From Archaeoglobus fulgidus DSM 4304 (lineage in GTDB: Archaea > Halobacteriota > Archaeoglobi > Archaeoglobales > Archaeoglobaceae), in NCBI RefSeq assembly GCF_000008665.1, contig NC_000917.1:1200001-1232000 (forward strand): a stretch of DNA of 32,000 nucleotides, read 5' to 3'. Numbering within the stretch: the stretch's first letter is position 1; every line of letters begins with the position of its first letter. Positions 1 to 7,908 of this stretch are shown in pieces. The notes beneath the pieces were generated by a model, which worked only from the letters and a program-made list of their open reading frames with translations, was not told where the DNA came from and did not search any database. A program made the translations under genes and the position numbers.

Positions 1-365
1 TCAACCTCGCTCAGAGCGTTGTTGGTTATGTCCTCAACTATCCTCCTGATTTCATCCTGGCTCAGCTTCTCGCCCCTCGTCTTCTTCTTTATCAGCTCAA
101 CGCTTTTTGGTTTCGGAGATGGAAACACATCAACCTCAGCACCGTCCGATATTCCAAGCTCCATTGAAGCGAGGTCTGTTAATCCGACAAAGCCCTTCTC
201 AACGATTTCCCTCGTTATCTGTACTGTGGCGACAACCCCCGCCTTGCCGTACCTCACCCTGACTCTATCCCCCTCTCTGACGCCAAGCTCGCTTGCATCC
301 TCTTCGTTAAGAATCACGGCAAACCTTCCCGACTTGAATGGAACTCTAACCGCCTTGAAAATCAT
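1..365 (-). CDS. deoA: AMP phosphorylase / thymidine phosphorylase family paralog, N-terminal part only (truncated by window start)
   Basis: Reverse complement from 365 reads MIFKAVRVPFKSGRFAVILNEEDASELGVREGDRVRVRYGKAGVVATVQITREIVEKGFVGLTD..., colinear with the N-terminus of the adjacent full-length DeoA-like ORF (MKFRIKTLPLRTERIAVVLSQDDAAELGLLPGDRVKVSY...). Open to the window edge. Confidence 0.85.
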   Translation of the reverse strand, partial: MIFKAVRVPFKSGRFAVILNEEDASELGVREGDRVRVRYGKAGVVATVQITREIVEKGFVGLTDLASMELGISDGAEVDVFPSPKPKSVELIKKKTRGEKLSQDEIRRIVEDITNNALSEV

Positions 366-1879
366 GACCACCACCTTCCCATCGTGTACCTCTCTATAAT
401 AACCCCTGAAATCTCGAAGGCCTGCTTGGTGTTCGCAACCTCTATTGCGTTGTCGAGCTTCCACTCCTTCTCAGCATAGATGGTGAGAAGCGGGTCTCCG
501 ACCTTTACAACCTCACCCCTCTTCTTGTGGACATAAACTCCCGCTCCCTTGTCCTTGGGGGCTCCTGCTGTCCTTGCTATTTCGTTAAGGGCTGCTATGT
601 CTATTTCCCTAACGTAACCCTCCTTCGCAGCGTGGAGAGTGTAGGTCTTATCCCCCACCGCCACGTCCTCGGCCTTAACGCTCTCATCTCCTCCCTGAGC
701 CGCAACAATCTCCCTGAACTTCTCAAGCGTTTTTCCGCTCTCGAATATCTTCCTGGCATGCTGATAGCCGTTTGTGGCTATACCGGTCATCTCGAAGAGT
801 ATTCCCGCTATGCCAAGGGACTTCTCAAGCAAGTCCCCTTCAACCTTCCTCTCCATAACTTCGAGAACCTCTCTCGCCTCCAGCGCGGGGCCAATAGCCC
901 TTCCAAGGGGTTGAGAGCCATCTGTCAGAGCCGTTGCAACCTTGAGGTTCAAGTTCCTCCCAATTTCCATCATAGCATTTGCGAAGCCTCTTCCGACGTC
1001 AACGTTCTCGACCTTGGCCTTCTTTCCAACCGGAATGTCGATGGCGACGAATCTTGCACCGCTTCCCAGCTTTTTGGACAGCACACTGGCCATTAGATGC
1101 GGTTTTGGGCTTAGCTCCAGCTGGTATTCGACCCTTATTATTTTCTCATCAGCCGGGGCAATTCCCGTGGGGGCGTTCCATGCTATAACCCCTCCAACTT
1201 CCTCGGTAATCTCCTTTATCTCGTCAACGCTCAGATTGACGTTTGCGAGAACCTCCATAGTGTCTGCCGTTCCGCTTGCAGTGGTTATGGCTCTGCTTGC
1301 TGTCTTCGGAATTAAGAGCCCCGCCGCAGCAACCGTGGGGACGGCAATCAGCGAAAACCTGTTTCCGGGCAACCCTCCAATGCTGTGCATGTCCACAACC
1401 GTTCCCCTTTCGAAAACTACCCTTTCTCCGACTTCGACCATCGCCTCGATCATCCACTGAATCTCGTCGTTCTGCATCCCTACAATCTCGTTTGCAAGTA
1501 TGAATGCAGAGATTTCAATGTCCGAGAGTACGTCAGATGAGATGCTGCCAATTATGTCCTTAATCTCCTCTCTTTCGTATTTAGCTCCGTTAAGCTTCTT
1601 TCTTATGTATTCGACCGACTTCGGCCTGGCGAAGGGAACAATCTCAACCACGCACTCCTCGGAAAGGCTGCACGTCTCGGCGGTGAAGGTGCAAACTCCA
1701 GCTTCCCCACTGCTAATGAACTCCTGAGAGATCTCAACCTCCGCTACGAATGATTTGCCGTCATAGCTAACCTTCACTCTGTCTCCCGGAAGGAGACCGA
1801 GTTCAGCCGCGTCATCCTGACTCAGAACAACAGCAATCCTTTCGGTTCTGAGGGGCAAGGTCTTTATCCTGAACTTCAT
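362..1879 (-). CDS. deoA: AMP phosphorylase / thymidine phosphorylase family, 505 aa
   Basis: VDMHSIGGLPGNRFSLIAVPTVAAAGLLIPKTASRAITTASGTADTMEVL and LTDGSQPLGRAIGPALEAREVLEVM are nucleoside phosphorylase family motifs. The length and N-terminal domain fit the archaeal AMP phosphorylase type. Confidence 0.92.
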   Translation of the reverse strand: MKFRIKTLPLRTERIAVVLSQDDAAELGLLPGDRVKVSYDGKSFVAEVEISQEFISSGEAGVCTFTAETCSLSEECVVEIVPFARPKSVEYIRKKLNGAKYEREEIKDIIGSISSDVLSDIEISAFILANEIVGMQNDEIQWMIEAMVEVGERVVFERGTVVDMHSIGGLPGNRFSLIAVPTVAAAGLLIPKTASRAITTASGTADTMEVLANVNLSVDEIKEITEEVGGVIAWNAPTGIAPADEKIIRVEYQLELSPKPHLMASVLSKKLGSGARFVAIDIPVGKKAKVENVDVGRGFANAMMEIGRNLNLKVATALTDGSQPLGRAIGPALEAREVLEVMERKVEGDLLEKSLGIAGILFEMTGIATNGYQHARKIFESGKTLEKFREIVAAQGGDESVKAEDVAVGDKTYTLHAAKEGYVREIDIAALNEIARTAGAPKDKGAGVYVHKKRGEVVKVGDPLLTIYAEKEWKLDNAIEVANTKQAFEISGVIIERYTMGRWWS

Positions 1880-2005
1880 TGAACTTCAAAAACTCTGAAA
1901 GAATATTAACTTTTTCTCGCTATCGTGAAGAAGTTATAGATAATGTTGTTTATGTTTAAAAATTCTCACCTGAAAAGGTTTTAAAGCTGACGACAATTTA
2001 ACATC

Positions 2006-2929
2006 ATGAACATACTGGAAATTGCGGAGAACCTCTACCTAATAGACCTCCCTCAAAAGAGGGAAGGTTTCAGGAAGTTTATAAGCTCATGGGTAATAAA
2101 AAACGGTGATGAGGCTGTTTTGATTGATGTTGGGCCCTCCTCAACAATTCCAAAGCTCCTCGAGTCGCTGAAGTATCTGGGAATAAAAGCGGTTCCCTAC
2201 ATTCTGCTAACTCACATCCATCTCGACCACGCAGGAGGTGTGCACGACGTTCTGAAGAAGTTCCCAGAGGCAAAGGTTGTGGTTCACGAAAAAGGGAAGA
2301 GACACCTCGTTAACACGGAGAGACTTTGGGAAGCTTCAAAGGTCGCTTTAGGCGACATCGCAGAGGTTTACGGACCCCCAAAGCCCATCAGTGCCGAATC
2401 AATATGGGATGGAGAAATCGAGTTTGCGGGGGAGAGCATTGAGGTCATCGATGCTCCGGGCCACGCTCCTCACCACCAGTGCTACGTTTTCAAGGAGTTT
2501 CTGTTCATCGGTGAGGCTGCGGGCGTGCACATGCCACTGAAAAACGACTACTACCTCCGCCCTGCCACGCCCAAGAGGTTCATTTTTGAGGTTGCCCACT
2601 CCACCCTTGAAAGATTGAGGGACTTGGGAAGCTTGAGAGTTTGTTTCGGGCACTTCGGATTCAAGAGAGATAGCTTAGAGATTATTGAGAAGGCAGGCAA
2701 GCAGCTCAGATTCTGGGTTGATACCGTTTACGACATTGGCTGCAGGAGGGACTTTGAGGAGGAGGATGCAATAATCAGGGAGGCTAAAGAGGAGCTTCTG
2801 GAGAAGGACAGAAGGTTTGCCCGCTACCATCTGCTTGATGAGGATATCCAGAAAAGAGAGGACTTCTTCATAGAAAACTCGCTCAGGGGAATTCTGGACT
2901 ACGTTTACACCAGCTACTGTGAGCCCTAA
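2006..2929 (+). CDS. Metallo-beta-lactamase fold hydrolase, 307 aa
   Basis: ILLTHIHLDHAGGV (HxHxDH), IDAPGHAPHH and FGHFG motifs. Confidence 0.85.
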   Translation: MNILEIAENLYLIDLPQKREGFRKFISSWVIKNGDEAVLIDVGPSSTIPKLLESLKYLGIKAVPYILLTHIHLDHAGGVHDVLKKFPEAKVVVHEKGKRHLVNTERLWEASKVALGDIAEVYGPPKPISAESIWDGEIEFAGESIEVIDAPGHAPHHQCYVFKEFLFIGEAAGVHMPLKNDYYLRPATPKRFIFEVAHSTLERLRDLGSLRVCFGHFGFKRDSLEIIEKAGKQLRFWVDTVYDIGCRRDFEEEDAIIREAKEELLEKDRRFARYHLLDEDIQKREDFFIENSLRGILDYVYTSYCEP

Positions 2930-2959
2930 TTTTAAATATCCCCAACCACTTGAAGTATC

Positions 2960-3838
2960 GTGGAAGCTAAGGACTGGCTGGCAGTTGTGGCAAAGCTCAG
3001 GAGAGAGTTTCTCAAAATCGCTTTAATTGTAATTGTTGTCAGCTCCCTGTTTTTCACCTTCGGCGCGAACATAGTCGTTGGGAAGATTATTGGCGACCTC
3101 TTTCCCGGGGAGGCTGTAATTGAGAACAGAGATAAAATCCTCGCAATTGCCGAAGAGCTGAAAAAGATAGCCTCGGATTTGGAAAACTACGCCTACCACC
3201 CGTCCGAGGCGAACAGAAGTATTGCCTTCGCCGCCTCCAAAAGTCTTGTAAGGATAGCAATGCAGCTCTCAACCTCTCCTGTTCTGCTCACACCCTTGGA
3301 GGGGCTGCTCCTGTACCTCAAAATCTCCCTCGCAGTCGGAATTGCCGCTGCCCTCCCCTACATTTTCCACCTTGTCCTGACAGCTTTAAGGGAAAGGGGC
3401 GTTATTACCTTCAGCTTCAGAAAAACCTCAGCCTTTAAATACGGTATGGCAGCAATTTTTCTCTTCGCCCTCGGCATTTTCTACGGCTACAACATGATGA
3501 AGTTCTTTATTAAATTTCTCTACCTCATGGCGGTCTCCCAGGGAGCGATACCGCTCTACAGCCTTTCCGAATTTGTCAACTTCGTTGCCCTGATGCTTGT
3601 TCTCTTTGGAATTGTTTTTGAGCTGCCGCTCATTCTCTTTTTCCTCGTGAAAAACGACATTGTGAAGTACGAGACCCTCTCCTACTACAGGAGGCACATC
3701 TACGTTGCCTTTTTCGTAATTGGTGCAATCACCACACCCCCTGATGTTTTCACGCAGTTGATGGTGGCTGTGCCGATGGTTGTCTTTTTTGAAATCAGCC
3801 TGCTTTTCGTCAGAATCTTTGCCCGTCCAAAAACCTAA
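2960..3838 (+). CDS. tatC: Sec-independent protein translocase TatC homolog (GTG start)
   Basis: Multi-TM protein with TPLEGLLLYLKISLAVGIAAALPYI and FVLIFG-like/FELPLILFFLV...YRRHIYVAFFVIGAITTPPDVFTQLMVAVPMVVFFE, characteristic of TatC. Confidence 0.85.
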   Translation: MEAKDWLAVVAKLRREFLKIALIVIVVSSLFFTFGANIVVGKIIGDLFPGEAVIENRDKILAIAEELKKIASDLENYAYHPSEANRSIAFAASKSLVRIAMQLSTSPVLLTPLEGLLLYLKISLAVGIAAALPYIFHLVLTALRERGVITFSFRKTSAFKYGMAAIFLFALGIFYGYNMMKFFIKFLYLMAVSQGAIPLYSLSEFVNFVALMLVLFGIVFELPLILFFLVKNDIVKYETLSYYRRHIYVAFFVIGAITTPPDVFTQLMVAVPMVVFFEISLLFVRIFARPKT

Positions 3839-4122
3839 AGCATCTCCAAAGCCTCTTCCACCTTCATCCCCCTTCTTACACCAAGTTCTTCGGCCTTTGA
3901 AGTAAGCTCTGCAATCTCAGCAGAGGACACATCCTGAAAGCCCCTCACTCCCCTCACAACGCATGCCGCATTGCCAACCTTCTCCATCGCCTCCACGCTT
4001 ATATAACCGCAGCCAACAACGAGCCTTTCGTGGATTAAAAGCAGCAGAGGTGCGTTCGGCAGGTCAACCTTCAATCCGAGCAGCTTTTTACCTCCCACGT
4101 CGAGCATTTCCACCTCAATCAT
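3835..4122 (-). CDS. DUF1805/YunC-like small protein, 95 aa
   Basis: Reading from the internal Met at 4122: MIEVEMLDVGGKKLLGLKVDLPNAPLLLLIHERLVVGCGYISVEAMEKVGNAACVVRGVRGFQDVSSAEI. GCGYI and VVRGV are family-like. The longer ORF start at 4218 would run into the divergent gene. Confidence 0.7.
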   Translation of the reverse strand: MIEVEMLDVGGKKLLGLKVDLPNAPLLLLIHERLVVGCGYISVEAMEKVGNAACVVRGVRGFQDVSSAEIAELTSKAEELGVRRGMKVEEALEML

Positions 4123-4162
4123 GAACTTATTTTGGAAGAGCATACTTAAAACCTGACGCTGA

Positions 4163-5337
4163 ATGGTTTCTGTGAGGTGCGCTGAATGCAAGGGGAAGCT
4201 CCTCTGCGGGAGGAGCAAATGCCCGCTGCTGGAGAAGTATAGGTTCTTGAAGGAGATTAAAATTGACAGCAGAATTCTCGACCCCTCACCGCCCTCAATT
4301 TTCGTTGGGAGAGTTGGGTATCCGAAGGTCTACGCTGGCCCCCTCGTCTCCATTAATGCCGATCCGGTTTATGCAGACTCCCCATGGCTTTGGAAGAGCA
4401 TAGAGGAGGTAATCAGGCTGAGAACGTCAATGCTGAGAGTCTCAAGGAGATTCAGAGTTGAGGACGTGAGAGAGGAGAAGAAAGAGCTTACCGAGATGCA
4501 GGAGATGACTGCAGCAATTAAGCCTGTCGATGTTGAGGCGGAAATCAGGAAAATAAGCAGAAAGGCTGAGTTCGATGACGTTATGCAGCCTATGGGCTAC
4601 TCTGCCATTGCCGAATCCATAAAGCTTGCAGAAAACCCGAAAATCCCCGACAAAGTTGAGAAAGTTTACTACGATGACATGAAGGCCTACGAAGCTCTTA
4701 GCTACCTCTACAACCACGGCTTCTCAACCTACTACCTCCAGAAAATTTTTTCTGCAGGGATTCTTGGGGAAAGGAAGAGCAGAAAGCTTGTCCCCACAAG
4801 GTGGAGCATAACCGCAGTGCACAGCATTGTTGGGGAAGCTATCAAGAGGGAAATTGCCGCTTACAAACCCATTGACAAAACTCTCCTCTTCAACTACGAG
4901 CATTTCGGCAACCACTTCGAGGTTATCCTGTCTCCTGAAAATTACTTCTTCCAGCTTGTTGAAATATGGCAGAGAAAGTCCTTCTGGAGCCCGAAGAGGA
5001 CTGGATTGGGGTTGACAGCGAGGACATAAGGCCCAAAAGGGATTACTCCAATTTGAGCGGTGGATACTACGCTGCTCGCCTGCCCGTGCTTGAGTATTTG
5101 AGGGAAAAGAGGGGGCAGGCTTCAGTTCTCGTCATCAGAGAGATTAAGCCCTCATATTACGCACCTCTCGGCGTTTGGGTTGTGGAAGAGGGAGTAAGGA
5201 AAGCTCTTAAGAGCAAGCCGGAAGTTTTCGAGAGCTTTGATGATGCCCTGACAGCAGCATCGCGGAGAGTTGAGAACAAAGAGTGGAGAGCACTTGTTTC
5301 GAGACAGACGTCCCTTGCTTCCTTTTTTGGGTTTTGA
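4163..5337 (+). CDS. nreA: Nre family archaeal protein, interrupted by an apparent frameshift near 4966-5029
   Basis: ORF 4163..5029 (RCAECKGKLLCGRSKCPLL... FVGRVGYPKVYAGPL... NYEHFGNHFEVILSPENYFFQLVEIWQRKSFWSP) continues in another frame as ...EEDWIGVDSEDIRPKRDYSNLSGGYYAARLPVLEYLREKRGQASVLVIREI...SRQTSLASFFGF. Together these make one Nre-like protein. Confidence 0.75.
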
Positions 5338-5404
5338 AGGTTAGGAAATCGAGGGAAAGCTTAATATTAGAAAAAAGAAAAATTCGATTGCTGGAGGTGT
5401 TTTT

Positions 5405-5662
5405 GTGGCTGAAAGGGAAAGGGATAGGGAGCAGCACGAGAGGTTGTTTAAGGCTGCCTCAAACCCTCTGAGGAAGAAAATGGCAGAGAAAATTGGCAAC
5501 AGGGGAATTACGAGAGAGGAGCTCAAGAAGGAGCTTGGAGACGTTTCGGACTTCGAGTTCAAGTTCAACCTCGACTACCTCATAGCAGAGGGTTTTGTTG
5601 TGGAGAAGGATGGGAAGCTCTACCTCACCGAGGATGGAGTGGATCTGGCATACGGAGGTTGA
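5405..5662 (+). CDS. Small winged-helix transcriptional regulator-like protein, 85 aa (GTG start)
   Basis: [63 protein letters not shown] resembles ArsR/winged-helix. An upstream ggaggtg fits an RBS. Confidence 0.7.
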   Translation: MAERERDREQHERLFKAASNPLRKKMAEKIGNRGITREELKKELGDVSDFEFKFNLDYLIAEGFVVEKDGKLYLTEDGVDLAYGG

Positions 5663-5666
5663 TAAA

Positions 5667-5831
5667 ATGGCGAAGTATGAATGTCAGGTTTGCGGTTACG
5701 TTTACGATGAGGCTGAGGGCGACCCAGACAACGACATTCCCGCTGGAACCAAGTGGGAAGACCTGCCTGACGACTGGGTCTGCCCTGTTTGCGGTGCATC
5801 AAAGGACCAGTTTGAGAAAATTGAGGATTAA
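5667..5831 (+). CDS. Rubredoxin, 54 aa
   Basis: [54 protein letters not shown], with the canonical CxxCG...CPxCG pair. Confidence 0.97.
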   Translation: MAKYECQVCGYVYDEAEGDPDNDIPAGTKWEDLPDDWVCPVCGASKDQFEKIED

Positions 5832-5840
5832 CCTTATTTT

Positions 5841-6638
5841 TTATTCCCTCGGCAGTCCGAGAAGTGATTTTACCATATTCTCTCTCGCCCACTCCTTCTC
5901 GCTGACGAACTCCATCAGAATGGCCTTTTGCGAGGGGTTGGGGAAGCACGCTGCCACAATTTCGTCAATGGTTTTCCCCTCAGCGTAGAGCATCTCTGCC
6001 TTCTCCTTCAGCCCCTTCAGGTAGTTGAGGTACTCAACCACCTCATCCCTGCTCGCAACTCCCACTCCCGTGTAGGCATAGTTGAAGTCGTATTTCAGCA
6101 CCTTTTCTATGGACTCTATAGTCTTTAGCAAGTTTTCTTCCCGCATGCAGACCATCTGGGCCGTGTTGATTACAAGATCACCGCAGAAGAGCTTGTCGTC
6201 AACGAGGTAGCTCACGTGATCGAAGCTGTGGCCGGGGGTTTTTATCATCCTCACCTCAACATCGTCGAACTTCATGACCTCCTTTGCAACCTTAACCCCC
6301 TCAATCTTCTCAGGTTGCCCCCAGCCTATTTTTCGGTATTTAGGTATATCTGGGGGATTTCTCAGAATTTCAAGGGACTCTTCAGGGACGTAAACGTCTG
6401 TTATTTCCTTAAAGAGGTTTACAGCACCTATGTGGTCCTCGTGGTAGTGGGTAATCAGAACCGCCTTAATTTCCCTCCCCTTAAAGTGCTCGAAGACCTC
6501 CTGAGCGGTGTTGGGGCAACCTGCATCAAAGAGGAGGTTGCGGTAGTAGTAAAGGTAAACCCAGTGCAGGACCCTCCCCTGCACCTCCGTTCCAACTTTC
6601 ACGGCCTCAACTTCACCATGCATTTCCGAAACGAGCAT
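5841..6638 (-). CDS. Metallo-beta-lactamase fold hydrolase, 265 aa
   Basis: VLITHYHEDHIGAV (HxHxDH) and TPGHSFDHVSYLVDDKLFCGDLV. Confidence 0.85.
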   Translation of the reverse strand: MLVSEMHGEVEAVKVGTEVQGRVLHWVYLYYYRNLLFDAGCPNTAQEVFEHFKGREIKAVLITHYHEDHIGAVNLFKEITDVYVPEESLEILRNPPDIPKYRKIGWGQPEKIEGVKVAKEVMKFDDVEVRMIKTPGHSFDHVSYLVDDKLFCGDLVINTAQMVCMREENLLKTIESIEKVLKYDFNYAYTGVGVASRDEVVEYLNYLKGLKEKAEMLYAEGKTIDEIVAACFPNPSQKAILMEFVSEKEWARENMVKSLLGLPRE

Positions 6639-6876
6639 AATAGTTCATTTTTGTTGACTTATTTTAAGGTTTTCAAATTGTATGAATTCGTAGGGTTTAA
6701 ATGTTATGGATTTTTTGCGACAATTAATCGTAGATATTAGTTAAATGCAACATTTTAATAAAATATTATGAAAACTCAAGCTTTATATGTGTCCTTTTAA
6801 AATTTTCACAAAAGCCAGAAGGGGAATTTATTGTCCTGAGCAAAACTATTTATACTATAGATAATAGACCAGTTGC

Positions 6877-7362
6877 ATGGGCAGAAAGCGAGTTTACGAA
6901 GTTGTAAAGCACCTACCAGCAGAAGAACTCGATAAAAGGATCAAAAAGCTCGAAAAAGATACAAGAGTCCTTCAAAGACTCTACTTCATAAGATACCTTT
7001 ACAGAGGAATGAGCGTTGAGGAAGCTGCCGAACTGGTAGGAATTACAAAGGCTACTGGCTACACATGGCTCAAGAGATGGAATACCAGAGGTTATGAAGG
7101 CTTAATTCCCGAATTTGGAGGTGGTAGACCTTCAAAACTTACAAAAGATCAGAAGGAAGAACTCAAAGAAATGCTCAAGGAAAGAGACTCGTGGACAACG
7201 AAAGAAGTTCAGGAGCTAATTGAAGCGAAATTTGGAGTTTCTTACTCTTCGTGGCAGGTCAGGAGAATTCTGAAATCATTCGGCATGAAATACGCCAAGC
7301 CCTATCAAAAGGATTACAGAAAGCCTGAAAATGCTGAAGATTCTTTAAAAAAACATGGATGA
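6877..7362 (+). CDS. IS630-family transposase, N-terminal HTH ORF (ORF1), 161 aa
   Basis: RYLYRGMSVEEAAELVGITKATGYTWLKRWNTRGYEGLIPEFGGGRPSKLTKDQKEELKEML. TATA-like CTATTTATACTATAG lies about 25 nt upstream of the ATG. Confidence 0.88.
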   Translation: MGRKRVYEVVKHLPAEELDKRIKKLEKDTRVLQRLYFIRYLYRGMSVEEAAELVGITKATGYTWLKRWNTRGYEGLIPEFGGGRPSKLTKDQKEELKEMLKERDSWTTKEVQELIEAKFGVSYSSWQVRRILKSFGMKYAKPYQKDYRKPENAEDSLKKHG

Positions 7363-7903
7363 AGCCGAAATTCGCCAATCAGACGTAATAGGATTCATCG
7401 ATGAGATGGCAGTCGAAGCGAATGCAAATACAGCAAAGCTGTGGAGTTTTGGAAGGCCTGTTAAAAGAGTCGCTACTTACGTCAAAGCTAAGGTTTCAGG
7501 ATTCTATAGCTTGAACGGGAAAAGCGTAATAGAGTTTCTTAAGAGTAACAGGTCAGAAGACTTCATATCTTTTCTCAGGAAAATCAGAGAGGAAAATCCC
7601 AAGAAAAGGATTGTAATCGTTCTCGACAATTTCAAAACGCATCATGCTAAAAAGGTGAAAGAGGAAGCTGAGAAGCTTAGCATTTCGCTGGTTTATCTTC
7701 CTCCTTACTCTCCCGATTTGAATCCGATTGAAAACGTCTGGAAGAGTGTTAAAAGAGCAGTTTCAGAAACATCTCCTCTGAATGTAGATGAACTTAAAGA
7801 AACGATTGCTAAGGCCTTCAAAAAGTTAACAGGGTCGATATCATTTGCGAAGGGCTGGATTGAGAAGTTCTTGGGGGATAAGTTTAAGATGTTATGCACT
7901 TAA
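7355..7903 (+). CDS. IS630-family transposase, C-terminal DDE catalytic ORF (ORF2), 182 aa
   Basis: VIGFIDEMAV, RIVIVLDNFKTHHAKKVKE and LVYLPPYSPDLNPIENVWKSVK match the D-D-E catalytic motifs of the IS630/Tc1 superfamily. Confidence 0.92.
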   Translation: MDEAEIRQSDVIGFIDEMAVEANANTAKLWSFGRPVKRVATYVKAKVSGFYSLNGKSVIEFLKSNRSEDFISFLRKIREENPKKRIVIVLDNFKTHHAKKVKEEAEKLSISLVYLPPYSPDLNPIENVWKSVKRAVSETSPLNVDELKETIAKAFKKLTGSISFAKGWIEKFLGDKFKMLCT

Positions 7904-7908
7904 CCATA

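Noticed and set aside
19-399. Plus-strand ORF of 126 aa (MLVMSSTILLISSWL...)
   Set aside because: It is antisense to the N-terminal part of the left DeoA paralog, has Ser/Thr/Leu-rich low-information composition, and shows no domain.
527-1727. ORFs 527..1096+, 942..1460+, 979..1188+, 1224..1457-, 1276..1503+ and 1500..1727+
   Set aside because: Shadow ORFs of the conserved deoA gene in other frames. None shows a recognisable motif.
4966-5337. Treating the second half of Nre as an independent gene starting at ATG 4966
   Set aside because: The ATG lies inside the conserved first-half coding region and the protein would lack its N-terminal domain. Homology continuity favours one frameshifted gene.
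5207-5568. ORFs 5207..5437-, 5283..5471+ and 5341..5568-
   Set aside because: They overlap the Nre 3' end and the winged-helix gene. Their translations look like shadows.
5595-5988. ORFs 5595..5831+ (long form), 5620..5949- and 5659..5988+
   Set aside because: The 5595 ORF is rubredoxin plus an upstream non-homologous leader, so I use the start at 5667. The other two are shadows.
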